Positions 37,092 through 47,432 are shown, counted from the stretch's first letter. The stretch: DNA of 57,766 nt from Candidatus Nomurabacteria bacterium (GCA_023267275.1 JAHFNO010000007.1:1-57766), one strand, 5' to 3'. Notes: generated by a model not told the origin, from the sequence alone. A program made the numbers and translations.

Positions 37092-38648
37092 ATGAGATAT
37101 AAAAATGGAAACACGTTTTTGTATACACCGATTTTTATTCTCATATTCGTTCTTTTTCATACCACACTTGTACATGCAAGTAGTGCGATTTCGATTACAG
37201 AAATAATGTATGACGCGCAAGATTCTGATACCGATCGCGAGTGGATTGAAATACATAATAATTCAGATAGTGCTATTGATCTCACAAAATATCGATACAA
37301 CGATGGCGTGAGTTCTTCAAATCATACGTTTGTGAGTCCTCCTGCTTTTCCCGCGGGAGCGTATTTGCTTTTGGTAGATAAACCAACAAATTTTGTAGCG
37401 GCAAATCCTACCATTAGCAGCGCGTTGCTTGTCGATACCGTAGTTCCTTCGCTCAACAATACGAGTGGAACACTTTCTATTTTTGATTGCACTACGACAC
37501 CGTGTGTTTCCATAGATTCGGTGACCTACAATTCCAGTCAGGGTGCAAATGGTGATGGAAAGTCACTACAGAAAAAGTCCGATGGTACTTGGATTGCAGC
37601 GACGCCCACACCAGGAACGGCAACGGTGGCAAGCTCATCAAACACAACAGACACCACGGTGAATACTGGTTCATCTGGTGGTTTACCTGCACCAGATACT
37701 TCTATTACATCACTTCCACCCAAAATTCCACCTCCTCCGCACATGCAAGTGCAACTTTCCGTACCTGACAATTCACTGACAGGAATCGAAGTACCAATTT
37801 CTGTCCGGGTCATAGGACTCTCTGGTGAAAATCGCGGATATGGTCTTTTCCATTATTCTTTTGGTGATGGAACGGATCTCAATACTACTTCGGCGGAACC
37901 AGTTACACATCTGTATGAATTTCCAGGGACATATATTGTCTCGTTTCAATATAAAGAAAATAATTTTGTACATAGTTCTGATATTGGAACGCGAACTACC
38001 ATCGATATTGTTGATTCACCTGTGCGTGTTTCTGTAAATCAAGCACTTGGCGTAGTTACAATTTCGAATACTGGAACAAGCGAGGTTGATATTTCAAAAT
38101 GGAATCTCGTTGCAACAACTGAAGCCGGAACAAGTACTTCATTTACCATACCAACGGACACCATTATTCTTCCCGGTAAAACGATGCATCTTTCGAAAAA
38201 AGTCACTCAATTTGATTTTTCACTTAATCCATCGATTTCACTATTGCTTCCGACCGGTATTGCATCTTCGAATTATGAAAATGCAGAAATTACAGATAGC
38301 AGCGCACAAGTAAAAAGTAGCGGAGGCGTTGCCTCTGTTGTCGAACAATATACACCGAGTGTTACAGAAGAAATACCAACGGTAGTAAACGATACTGTCT
38401 CACAAAATAATCTTGGTGCGAATGCATTACAAGCGGTAGAGAATTCTCCAGAAATCGCACAACAAAAAAATTCAATTTTTCCCTACATCATTGCGCTCGT
38501 TGGCATCATCATTGGTGCGATTGTTGCACTGAAAACTTCAGGTACTTTTTCTGGAAAAAAGAGCTCTGGCAATGGAGAAGATGATGAAGATTCAGAAACA
38601 AAGGCAATCGCTGACAAGATTCGAATTATTGACGAGGAGGATGTATAA
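37092..38648 (+). CDS. surface protein with lamin-tail domains, PKD-like domain and C-terminal TM
   Basis: Signal peptide; ISITEIMYD...EWIEIHN...TPG; SFGDGT..H.Y..PGTY; ISNTG...DISKW; C-terminal TM. Confidence 0.85.
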   Translation: MRYKNGNTFLYTPIFILIFVLFHTTLVHASSAISITEIMYDAQDSDTDREWIEIHNNSDSAIDLTKYRYNDGVSSSNHTFVSPPAFPAGAYLLLVDKPTNFVAANPTISSALLVDTVVPSLNNTSGTLSIFDCTTTPCVSIDSVTYNSSQGANGDGKSLQKKSDGTWIAATPTPGTATVASSSNTTDTTVNTGSSGGLPAPDTSITSLPPKIPPPPHMQVQLSVPDNSLTGIEVPISVRVIGLSGENRGYGLFHYSFGDGTDLNTTSAEPVTHLYEFPGTYIVSFQYKENNFVHSSDIGTRTTIDIVDSPVRVSVNQALGVVTISNTGTSEVDISKWNLVATTEAGTSTSFTIPTDTIILPGKTMHLSKKVTQFDFSLNPSISLLLPTGIASSNYENAEITDSSAQVKSSGGVASVVEQYTPSVTEEIPTVVNDTVSQNNLGANALQAVENSPEIAQQKNSIFPYIIALVGIIIGAIVALKTSGTFSGKKSSGNGEDDEDSETKAIADKIRIIDEEDV

Positions 38649-39235
38649 TGCGCGCCATGACGAAGACTGAAAAGCTCAGCGATCTAAATAAGCGCTGGTC
38701 TCTAAAGAATACCTGTGAACTAAAGACTTCTGCGACTCAGCCGGTCTTTGGTGATGGAAATCCCAATGCGGACATTGTATTTATCGGCGAGGCTCCTGGA
38801 AAATCTGAAGATAAAACAGGGAAGCCGTTTGTTGGTGCAGCAGGGAAGTTTTTGGCTGAAATGCTTCAGTCGATCAAGTTGAAACGAGAAGATGTGTATA
38901 TTACAAACATTGTAAAATATCGTCCGCCAAACAACCGCGATCCAAAGCCATCAGAAAAAGAATCTTGTGCGAAGTGGCTTGTCGAAGAATTGAATCTCAT
39001 CGAACCCAAACTCATTGTGTTTCTTGGACGACATGCAATGCACAATTTCTTTCCTGAACTTATTATTGGAGATGCACACGGCAAACTCATTCAGAAAAAA
39101 TTGCCAGGAATTGCAACAGAATATTTTTTGCCACTCTATCATCCTGCAGCTGCGCTCTACAATGGCGGTATGCGCGAAACACTCAAAAAAGATTTCGCCG
39201 TAATCGCAAAGAGTATTAAAAAACTGAAAAAATAA
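38648..39235 (+). CDS. uracil-DNA glycosylase family 4
   Basis: [31 protein letters not shown]. Confidence 0.95.
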   Translation: MRAMTKTEKLSDLNKRWSLKNTCELKTSATQPVFGDGNPNADIVFIGEAPGKSEDKTGKPFVGAAGKFLAEMLQSIKLKREDVYITNIVKYRPPNNRDPKPSEKESCAKWLVEELNLIEPKLIVFLGRHAMHNFFPELIIGDAHGKLIQKKLPGIATEYFLPLYHPAAALYNGGMRETLKKDFAVIAKSIKKLKK

Positions 39236-39245
39236 GTTCAGTTTT

Positions 39246-40502
39246 TTAATTACAATAATTTTCTTTTTTTTCGCAATCGGGGCAGGACTCACAAATTTTC
39301 CCACCGTTTCGCCAAATGGTAAATGCTTTTTGTGCTGGCAGAATCGAAAGGAAAAATCGTAAATCAATGAGTTCACGAAGCCATCGAATAATGCGACCAG
39401 AAAGCACGATGTCTTTGTAGGTGAGCACCGCCCAGTGTTTGCCAAGGGGAACAACATAGGGAGTTTCTCGTGGCTGATATTCCATCATTGTTGTGTGAGT
39501 AATTATTGATTCAATAATATGAGGAACATATGCACCGTCGTAATTTGCAGTTTGTGCAGTGCCGGCATGCGGGGTGCTAGCACTGTCGCCAATAGCGAAT
39601 ACATTTTGTGTATTGATTGCTTGTAGGTGTTCGTCGACTAAAATTCTTCCGCCTTTATCAAGAGAGAGCCCAATTATTGTTCCATAGGCATGGCTCGCGC
39701 GAACACCAGCCGTCCAAACAATTGTTTTAGCATTGAGTTTAATGTCCTTCAAATATACTCCGCTTGCATCCTCGCTGGTCACCGGTTTGCCGAGAATAAT
39801 GTTGATGCCGAGTATGTTGAGCTTTTGGGTGACGCGGCGCGACACCTCTTCGTTCATTGTGGGAAGTAGGCGTGGTGTCGCTTGTAAAATATCTACTGTG
39901 ACATATTTTTTTGCTACACCGTGATAGGTTGCAAGTTTGCGTGCGTACTCACGGATGACGCTTGCGAGTTCAACTCCCGCCGGACCACCACCGACAACCA
40001 CAAATTGGAATTGAGAGATGAGTGCACCTTTGGAAAGTCCACGGGCAGTTTTGAAAAGTGTGTGCAGGTGGCGTTTCAGTCGAAGTGTTGTCTCAACATT
40101 TTTGAGAGTGAACGAATTTTCAGCAATTCCAGGAATATTGTAGTACGTTGTTTCTGCGCCGAGTGCGAGTACAAGAAAATCGTACTGATATTTTGATCCC
40201 GATTTTCCAACGAGCACTTTGTCTGCAGTCGAACCACTCACTATTGTATCTACGAGAAGCTCGACATCGGTGTGTTCAAAAATATCGCCGAGCGGAATAC
40301 ATGTTTCCATGGGGGGTGCGCCAGTAGCGAGTTTGTAGAGTGTAGGTGTATAAACAAAATGATGAGAATCCGAAACAAGAGTGATTTTTGTATTTGGAAG
40401 ATTCTTTTTTGCCAGATCAAGTGCGGTGCGTACGCCACCAAAACCACCACCAACGATTAAAATTCGTTTTGGCACCAATATATTGTTTGAATTACTGTTC
40501 AT
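39246..40502 (-). CDS. ndh: type II NADH dehydrogenase-like FAD oxidoreductase
   Basis: GGGFGG, YDFLVLALG, VVVGGGPAGVELA, WTAGV, VFAIGD. Confidence 0.85.
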   Translation of the reverse strand: MNSNSNNILVPKRILIVGGGFGGVRTALDLAKKNLPNTKITLVSDSHHFVYTPTLYKLATGAPPMETCIPLGDIFEHTDVELLVDTIVSGSTADKVLVGKSGSKYQYDFLVLALGAETTYYNIPGIAENSFTLKNVETTLRLKRHLHTLFKTARGLSKGALISQFQFVVVGGGPAGVELASVIREYARKLATYHGVAKKYVTVDILQATPRLLPTMNEEVSRRVTQKLNILGINIILGKPVTSEDASGVYLKDIKLNAKTIVWTAGVRASHAYGTIIGLSLDKGGRILVDEHLQAINTQNVFAIGDSASTPHAGTAQTANYDGAYVPHIIESIITHTTMMEYQPRETPYVVPLGKHWAVLTYKDIVLSGRIIRWLRELIDLRFFLSILPAQKAFTIWRNGGKICESCPDCEKKENYCN

Positions 40503-40542
40503 GTACCAATAAGTATACCAAACATTTTTCTGTCTGTGTTTC

Positions 40543-40605
40543 CACTCAACAATTTATACGATCGTGAATTAGCAAATTCACCTACTAGGTAAGAATTGTT
40601 GAGTG
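40543..40605. repeat. ACTCAAC...GTTGAGT palindromic element, copy 2 (opposite orientation)
   Basis: cactcaacaatt...acgatcgtgaattagcaaattcacctact...aattgttgagtg. Confidence 0.85.
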
Positions 40606-40686
40606 ATATCTTTTTTGTTCTAATGTTTTTATATTCATTGATTTCTTGTTCTTGTGATTTATTGTTCTTGTGTTATATTGGTTCCC

Positions 40687-40998
40687 ATGGGAATCAAATC
40701 ATTTTTAATCAAGAAGACATTACAGGCAAAAGGAGTATCAAGCGACCAGGCCGAGCTTATTGCAGACAAGATTGCTGCTGATCCAGCATTTGCTGAAAAA
40801 TTGAAGGTGCTTCAGGACAACAAAGAAGTCAAAACTCTTTTTGAAAATATTCAAAAGGAAATGGAGGCAAAAAAGAAAGAGGGAATGCCTGAGCAGTACG
40901 CAATGATGGCCGTCATGACAAAATACAAGGCCGAAATCACAAAACATCGCGAAGAACTCGCTCCACTCATGGAACTCATGATGGGCCTAAAGCAGTAA
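40687..40998 (+). CDS. hypothetical helical protein
   Basis: Core-like codon usage; start MGIKSF after a -10-like TGTTATATT. Confidence 0.75.
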   Translation: MGIKSFLIKKTLQAKGVSSDQAELIADKIAADPAFAEKLKVLQDNKEVKTLFENIQKEMEAKKKEGMPEQYAMMAVMTKYKAEITKHREELAPLMELMMGLKQ

Positions 40999-41035
40999 CA
41001 AAAATGACCAGAGGAAACTCTGGTCATTTTTGTTA
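40996..41035. terminator. long hairpin
   Basis: taacaaaaatgaccagag-gaaa-ctctggtcatttttgtta. Confidence 0.7.
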
Positions 41036-41051
41036 TACTGTATTTACTTAT

Positions 41052-43682
41052 ATGAATACGCTTAAACGCATTGCGCAAAATAAGAAGAACGCCGACCATC
41101 CACTTTCGGACACGCAAAAAGTGCTGTTCGATGCAGTGTATTTGTTTGCTAAAAATGATCCGAGTTTTGCCCTGGGTGAACTCCATTCACAAACATGTGG
41201 ACTTTCGTCTACTGACGCTGCGATGCGATTGAAAAAACATGGTCCCAATGATATTTCTGATGAGAAAAAAACCAATCATCTCGTAAAACTATTTGGAATT
41301 ATAAAAAGCCCCATCAATCTATTGCTCATTGTATTGGCAATCATTTCATTTATCGTAGGCGATACGAAAGCCTTCGGCATCATCATTCTCATGGTGACAC
41401 TCAGTGTGAGTCTCAATTTCTACCAAGAAACCAAGGCCGCACTTGCCGTAGACAAACTCAAATCTATCATTCGAACAAAAACGACAGTTTTGCGCGACAA
41501 TACACAGCAAGAAATCTTTTCAAAAAATGTTGTGCCAGGCGATATTGTTTCTTTGAATTCAGGAAGTATTATTCCTGGCGATGTTCGACTTATTTCTTCA
41601 AAAGATTTGTATATCAATCAGGCAATGCTCACGGGCGAATCGTTACCAGCCGAAAAACATGTTACCGATCCTGATATCGATCAGAAAAGTTTGATTGAAT
41701 TTAATACGATTTGTTTTTCCGGAACGAGTGTTCAGAGTGGTATTGCCACTGCCGTTGTGTTGCGCACGGGAAAAGATACGTATCTTGGAAGTATTGCCGA
41801 AGACATGAGTGTGAGTGGTCATGTTTCTGATTTTGACAAACAACTTAAACAATTTGTGTTGCTCATCATCAAATTTATGGTGGTGATGGTGCCAGCAGTT
41901 TTTTTGCTCAACGGATTTTTTAAAGGCAATTGGTTCGAGGCCTTCCTTTTTGCGTTGGCTGTAGCTGTGGGTATGGCACCAGAAATGGTTTCGACAATTG
42001 TATCGGTCAATCTGTATAAGGGAGCGCTCGCAATGGCAAAGAAAAAAGTTATTGTAAAACATCTCGATGCTATTGAAAATTTTGGTGTCATGGATATTTT
42101 GTGTACGGACAAGACGGGAACACTCACTGAAGGTAGAGTAGTGCTCGAAAAACATTTGGATGTGTATGGAAAGGAAAGCGAGGATACGCTCATGTATGGA
42201 TATATCAATAGTTCTTTTCAAACTGGTATAAAAGATATTATTGATGCGGCAGTGTTTGCGCACGCAGGAGAAAAAGAGCAGAGAGATATCAAACAGTACG
42301 CAAAGATAGATGAAATTCCATTTGATTTCAATCGCAGACGCATGTCGGTCATTGTGACAAATTCGGCAACGCAAAAAAATCAGCTTGTATGTAAGGGCGC
42401 AGCAGAAGAGATTTTTTCTGTATGTACAAATGCATTGATTGACGGCAGTGTCGTGTCGCTCGATACTCTGGGTGCAGACGTAAAATTCAAGATACAGCAA
42501 AACTTAAACAAAGAAGGGTATCGTGTGGTGGCTATTGCATACAAGGATACCGACCCAAATCAAAAAAGCTTTTCTGAGAGTGATGAACAAGGTCTCACGC
42601 TCGTGGGATTTCTCGCATTTTTCGATCCACCAAAACAATCGGCAAAACAAGCGATCCAGGATTTGCAAAAGCTTGGCGTGACAATAAAAATTTTGACAGG
42701 TGACAATGATCTTGTTGCACGTAAGGTTTGTGAGGAAGTGGGTTTGCAAGTCGATACGATTTTGCTTGGTAAGGAAATAGAAAGTTTGAGTGATGAAGAG
42801 TTGTACACAAAGGCAAAAGATATTTCACTCTTTGCTAAACTCTCTCCGTACAACAAAGAACGCATCATTAAAATATTGTGCACCAACAATCACGTTGTTG
42901 GATTTTTAGGTGATGGTATCAATGATTCGCTTTCGCTCATTGCTGCCGACGTAGGTATTTCTGTGGACACGGCAGCTGATATTGCTAAAGAATCTTCCGA
43001 TATTATTTTGCTCGAAAAGAGTTTGCTTGTTTTGAAAGATGGAATCAAAGAGGGTAGAGCGATATTTGAAAACATTATCAAATATATCAAGATGGCTGCG
43101 AGTTCAAACTTCGGTAATATGTTCAGTGTTGTAGGTGGAAGTATTTTCCTGCCATTTCTGCCGATGTTGCCAGTGCAAATTTTGGCAAACAATATGCTCT
43201 ACGATTTTTCGCAAACAACCATTCCAACGGATACGGTGGACGAGGAGCGTTTGTTGAAACCAAAGAATTGGGATTTCAAAAATATTAAGCGATTCATTTT
43301 GTTTTTTGGTCCAATCAGTTCGCTTTTTGACTACGCAACATTTTTTGTAATGCTCTACGTATTTCATGCTTGGAACAATGAGGCACTCTTTCATACTGGC
43401 TGGTTTGTCGAATCACTTCTCACACAAACACTCATCGTGCATATTATTCGCACGGCGAAAATTCCATTTTTCCAGAGTCGTTCAAGCTGGCCAGTGGCGC
43501 TCTCCACACTCTCAATAATTGCGATTGGAATCTATCTTCCGTTTTCTCCGCTTCGTGACGCATTGAAATTGACTGCACTGCCACCACTCTATTTTGGTCT
43601 CTTGTTTATCGGCATTATTTTGTATTTCATCATTACGCAACTTTTGAAAATGTGGTTTATCAAAAAGTACGAATGGATATAA
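41052..43682 (+). CDS. mgtA: Mg2+-transporting P-type ATPase
   Basis: TGES, AVAVGMAPEM, DKTGT, TGDN, GDGIND, SSNFGNMFS, FHTGWFVES. Confidence 0.95.
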   Translation: MNTLKRIAQNKKNADHPLSDTQKVLFDAVYLFAKNDPSFALGELHSQTCGLSSTDAAMRLKKHGPNDISDEKKTNHLVKLFGIIKSPINLLLIVLAIISFIVGDTKAFGIIILMVTLSVSLNFYQETKAALAVDKLKSIIRTKTTVLRDNTQQEIFSKNVVPGDIVSLNSGSIIPGDVRLISSKDLYINQAMLTGESLPAEKHVTDPDIDQKSLIEFNTICFSGTSVQSGIATAVVLRTGKDTYLGSIAEDMSVSGHVSDFDKQLKQFVLLIIKFMVVMVPAVFLLNGFFKGNWFEAFLFALAVAVGMAPEMVSTIVSVNLYKGALAMAKKKVIVKHLDAIENFGVMDILCTDKTGTLTEGRVVLEKHLDVYGKESEDTLMYGYINSSFQTGIKDIIDAAVFAHAGEKEQRDIKQYAKIDEIPFDFNRRRMSVIVTNSATQKNQLVCKGAAEEIFSVCTNALIDGSVVSLDTLGADVKFKIQQNLNKEGYRVVAIAYKDTDPNQKSFSESDEQGLTLVGFLAFFDPPKQSAKQAIQDLQKLGVTIKILTGDNDLVARKVCEEVGLQVDTILLGKEIESLSDEELYTKAKDISLFAKLSPYNKERIIKILCTNNHVVGFLGDGINDSLSLIAADVGISVDTAADIAKESSDIILLEKSLLVLKDGIKEGRAIFENIIKYIKMAASSNFGNMFSVVGGSIFLPFLPMLPVQILANNMLYDFSQTTIPTDTVDEERLLKPKNWDFKNIKRFILFFGPISSLFDYATFFVMLYVFHAWNNEALFHTGWFVESLLTQTLIVHIIRTAKIPFFQSRSSWPVALSTLSIIAIGIYLPFSPLRDALKLTALPPLYFGLLFIGIILYFIITQLLKMWFIKKYEWI

Positions 43683-43731
43683 ATATCTATTCATAGTTTG
43701 AAAATACCCATATTTTTGCTAGTATCGAAGA

Positions 43732-44844
43732 ATGTCACTTTCTATTGGAATTGTGGGGCTACCAAACGTCGGCAAGTCGACGCTTTTCAACGCACTTACG
43801 AAAAAGGGTGTACCTGCCGAAAACTATCCATTTTGTACTATCGATCCATCGGTCGGTATTGTTGGCGTGCCTGATGAACGACTGCAAAAACTCTCTGAAT
43901 TTTCTCATACACAAAAAACAATTCCTGCAGCGATTGAATTTGTCGATATTGCCGGCCTTGTTGCCGGAGCTGCAAAAGGTGAAGGATTGGGAAATAAATT
44001 TCTCGCAAATATTCGTGAGACCGATGCAATTCTCGAAATCGTACGTATCTTTCCGCTCAAATCTGAAAAAGGAGGTGAGGTAATGCATGTCTATGGCGAT
44101 ATTGATCCACTCCGCGATATTCGTGTAATCAATCTTGAGCTTATTCTCGCCGATCTTGAAACAGCAACAAAGCGTTTGGGAAATGTATCTCGCGAAGCAA
44201 AGCGAGGAGATAAAGAAGCAATCATTGAAGAAGCTGCGCTCAACAAATTGATCCCGGCACTTGAGGCGGAAAAAATGGCAAATACGGTAGATTTTGACGA
44301 GAAGGAATTACCAAAAATGCAGCAGCTCAATCTCCTCACTATCAAACCTATTTTGTATGGGCTCAACAAACGTGCTGGTACAAAAAACCTCGATGAATCA
44401 CATCCAGAGTTATTCAAAGAATTGACCGACTATATTCTTTCGACTGGAGCACAGTATGTCGTGCTTGATGCAAAGATTGAAGATGAGCTGAAAGATTTTG
44501 AAGGTGAGGAAAAAGAAATGTTTCGCGTAGAAATGGGTGGAGGAGAAAACGGAATCAACAATCTTATTACGCAAGCGTACAAACTGCTTGGACTCGAAAC
44601 ATATTTTACGACTGGCGAAAAAGAAACGCGTGCGTGGACAATACACAAGGGAAGTACGGCGCCAGTAGCTGGTATGGCTATTCATACCGATTTCAAAGAT
44701 AAATTTATTCGTGCCGAGATTATCAATTGGAAAGATCTCATCGACTCAGGCTCATTTGGCGAAGCTCGCGCAAAAGGCAAAGTTCGCACGGAAGGGAAGG
44801 AATATATAGTGAAAGATGGAGATGTAATCGAATTTAAAATTTAA
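43732..44844 (+). CDS. ychF: redox-regulated ribosome-binding ATPase YchF
   Basis: [40 protein letters not shown]. Confidence 0.98.
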   Translation: MSLSIGIVGLPNVGKSTLFNALTKKGVPAENYPFCTIDPSVGIVGVPDERLQKLSEFSHTQKTIPAAIEFVDIAGLVAGAAKGEGLGNKFLANIRETDAILEIVRIFPLKSEKGGEVMHVYGDIDPLRDIRVINLELILADLETATKRLGNVSREAKRGDKEAIIEEAALNKLIPALEAEKMANTVDFDEKELPKMQQLNLLTIKPILYGLNKRAGTKNLDESHPELFKELTDYILSTGAQYVVLDAKIEDELKDFEGEEKEMFRVEMGGGENGINNLITQAYKLLGLETYFTTGEKETRAWTIHKGSTAPVAGMAIHTDFKDKFIRAEIINWKDLIDSGSFGEARAKGKVRTEGKEYIVKDGDVIEFKI

Positions 44845-44915
44845 CCTAATTGAGGAGAAAAAATCAAAATAAGCATTTCTCGCCCCATAGGAAGTGTAAT
44901 CACTTTCCTTCTGGG

Positions 44916-44954
44916 GTAGTTAAAGACGGAGACGTGATTGAGTTTAAAATCTAG
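44916..44954 (+). repeat. synonymously diverged duplicate of the ychF 3' end
   Basis: Encodes [12 protein letters not shown], versus [12 protein letters not shown] at 44806-44844. Confidence 0.9.
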
Positions 44955-45028
44955 AATCCTATACATAAATAAATATATGTGGTAATGTGCGAGTGATAAA
45001 ACTATTGTGTACCTTAAAATTTGATCTA

Positions 45029-45529
45029 TTGAAAAAGATAATTTATATGATTTTTGTCCTTGTTGTGTTTTTTCAACAACAAACAACAGCACAAATATGG
45101 AGTACCGACTCTAGTGCTCGTATATTTTTTGTGTATGAAAGTAGTCAAAATTTTCAACAAGTGAGAAATTATTTTCAGTGGTTGTTGAATCCTAGAAATA
45201 TGCAAGATAGCTTAGGAAACTTTTTGCGGATGAATAAAGATTCATCAGTTACTATAATTGCAAATGAGGAAATTGATGGATATTTTGATACTCCACTTGA
45301 TTTTGTACTAGAGAAGGAAAAATATTGGATTGATTCTATCGTTTTGAGAAAGTCATACCAATATGTCGAAGAAGGATGGGTTCCAGGAGGATATTGGTCA
45401 GATGAAGGTAAATTTTACCCGCAGGCAAGTATAAAAATGCGAGATGAAGGTGATAATACACTTGTTGTTCAAGTATTTGTTCATCGAGAAACTCTATTTG
45501 AAACGATTCTTTCCGAAGAGAAGAAATAA
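45029..45529 (+). CDS. hypothetical secreted protein (orphan)
   Basis: TTG start gives MKKIIYMIFVLVVFFQQQTTA-Q signal-like peptide; hairpin at about 45533-45567. Confidence 0.6.
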   Translation: MKKIIYMIFVLVVFFQQQTTAQIWSTDSSARIFFVYESSQNFQQVRNYFQWLLNPRNMQDSLGNFLRMNKDSSVTIIANEEIDGYFDTPLDFVLEKEKYWIDSIVLRKSYQYVEEGWVPGGYWSDEGKFYPQASIKMRDEGDNTLVVQVFVHRETLFETILSEEKK

Positions 45530-45582
45530 TTTTACCCGCGACACATTTTGTGTTGCGGGTATTTTTTTGTTACTATGCCTGC

Positions 45583-46167
45583 GTGGAAAATAAACAAGTG
45601 ATTTCAATATTGAAAAACAACGGCATTGGTATACTGCCCACCGATACTTTATATGGGGTAGTTGGTAGTGCCTTTTCAAAAAAAGCTGTTGAGCGAATAC
45701 ATCAAATTAAAGAACGAGATGAAAACAAACCGTTTATTGTTCTTCTCTCGCAAATTTCTGATCTTGCCAAATTTGGTATCACATTAAATTCAACGCAGAA
45801 GAATTATCTTGATTCTGTTTGGCCTGGACCGGTTTCTGTGATATTGCCATGTTATGCAAATAAATTTGCATATTTACATCGCGATACAAAATCAATCGCA
45901 TTTCGAATACCGAAAAATAAAAAACTGCGTGAATTTTTACTACAGACGGGTCCACTCGTAGCTCCATCTGCAAATCCGCAAGGAGAGATGCCAGCCACAA
46001 CAATTCGTGAAGCAAAAAAATATTTTAGTGACAATGTTGATTTTTATATCGCCGGAGGCAAGAAAAAAGGCAACGAGAATGTATTCATACCGGCGCCCCC
46101 GAAAGGGGGCAAGCCATCCAAAATTGTATCGCTTGCCTCAGATTCTCCTGTTATAATTCGAGAATAA
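45583..46167 (+). CDS. tsaC: L-threonylcarbamoyladenylate synthase (TsaC/YrdC)
   Basis: PTDTLYG, IKER..KP, WPGP, AFRIP, APSANP; GTG start inferred. Confidence 0.93.
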   Translation: MENKQVISILKNNGIGILPTDTLYGVVGSAFSKKAVERIHQIKERDENKPFIVLLSQISDLAKFGITLNSTQKNYLDSVWPGPVSVILPCYANKFAYLHRDTKSIAFRIPKNKKLREFLLQTGPLVAPSANPQGEMPATTIREAKKYFSDNVDFYIAGGKKKGNENVFIPAPPKGGKPSKIVSLASDSPVIIRE

Positions 46168-46176
46168 ACAAAGGTT

Positions 46177-46259
46177 GGGTCATCCTGAACTTGTTTCAGG
46201 ATCTATATAAATCAAAATACAGTACAAACCTGGATCCTGAAACAAGTTCAGGATGACCC
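46177..46259. repeat. GTCATCCTGAA element, copy 4
   Basis: gggtcatcctgaacttgtttcaggatc...ggatcctgaaacaagttcaggatgaccc. Confidence 0.9.
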
Positions 46260-46270
46260 GGGAATAAAGG

Positions 46271-46771
46271 TTACTTTTGATTTCGACGCTTCATCTCGCT
46301 AATCTCTTCACCCAAAGCCTTCAGTGAATGTTCGATGCGTTCGAGCACTTCACGCTCAATAATTTCTTCTTTTGTTTCTTTTTCATCGTCCTCCTGGATG
46401 TCTTCCACATCTTCTTGAATCTCGTCGACATCTTCCTGAATTTCATCAATGTCTTCCTGGATTTCTTCCACATCTTCCTGGATTTCCTCCACGTCTTCTG
46501 ACACTTCCTCAAGTTGTTTTGCCTGGCGATTGACGCTCATTTGAATAAATATTGAAAGATAGATTGCTTCGAGCGAAACTATTGTGGTAAGCACGAGCAA
46601 AATGGTATTGAACGGCACTCCAAAAAAATACAAAAGAAACGAAACAATAAACATCGCCGTGTGAAATACGAGAGAACCAGTGGAGCCGATTGAACGCGTT
46701 GCTCGCATGGAAACATATTCAAGAAGTGATTCGTTTGTGAGTCGAGGGTTGCGATTTTTTCGAGCTATCAT
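46271..46771 (-). CDS. DUF1003-like membrane protein with acidic heptad coiled coil
   Basis: IGS...LTTIVSLEAIYLSIFIQMSVNRQ, then EDVEEIQ-type repeats. Confidence 0.8.
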   Translation of the reverse strand: MIARKNRNPRLTNESLLEYVSMRATRSIGSTGSLVFHTAMFIVSFLLYFFGVPFNTILLVLTTIVSLEAIYLSIFIQMSVNRQAKQLEEVSEDVEEIQEDVEEIQEDIDEIQEDVDEIQEDVEDIQEDDEKETKEEIIEREVLERIEHSLKALGEEISEMKRRNQK

Positions 46772-46842
46772 AGAAATTTTGAGTTTTGCATAAGCGTGCC
46801 CTTACGATTGAAAATTAAGCCTTTTTATTATACTATGGGTTC

Positions 46843-47397
46843 ATGGATACTCAAACAACAAAAGGTTCAAAATTTACTAAATGGGCGATGATTATTGCAA
46901 TCGTTGTTGTTCTCAATTTGTTTTTCAATTATGCGATCTCTCTCGTATATAAAGCACCTGCCTACGAAGATTTTATAAAACCAACACAGGTAGTTGAGCC
47001 GATCACTACAAAAGATGATTGTTTGAAAGTGGGTGGTCAGTGGACCGATCCAGATACTCGCTACGAAAATATTCCAACTCCTGGAATGAAAAGTGCACCA
47101 GCTGTTGGGTATTGTGATCCAAATTACACGAAGCAAATGGAATTCAATACAGCTACAAAAAATTATAGCCGCACAGTATTTATTATTCTTGTGATACTCG
47201 GCGTAATTTCACTCGGACTTTCTGCTCTGTTTACCAATGCAATACTTTCGCCTGCATTTTCTTGGGGTGGGGTACTTTCCTTGATCATTGCATCAATGCG
47301 CTACTGGAGTGACGCAGACAATTTTGTAAAAGTACTTATTCTTGGAGTTGCTCTCGGTGCACTCATCTGGCTCGCGGTTAAAAAATTCCAAAATTAA
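46843..47397 (+). CDS. hypothetical multi-pass membrane protein
   Basis: TM, Cys-containing loop (CLKVGGQW, GYCD), then three TM segments. Confidence 0.8.
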   Translation: MDTQTTKGSKFTKWAMIIAIVVVLNLFFNYAISLVYKAPAYEDFIKPTQVVEPITTKDDCLKVGGQWTDPDTRYENIPTPGMKSAPAVGYCDPNYTKQMEFNTATKNYSRTVFIILVILGVISLGLSALFTNAILSPAFSWGGVLSLIIASMRYWSDADNFVKVLILGVALGALIWLAVKKFQN

Positions 47398-47399
47398 AC

Positions 47400-47430
47400 T
47401 AGTCGTTAGTCTTTAGTCTACAGTCTTTAG
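47400..47430. repeat. left heptamer arm of four-helix-bundle cassette
   Basis: tagtcgt tagtctt tagtcta cagtctt tag. Confidence 0.9.
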
Positions 47431-47432
47431 AA

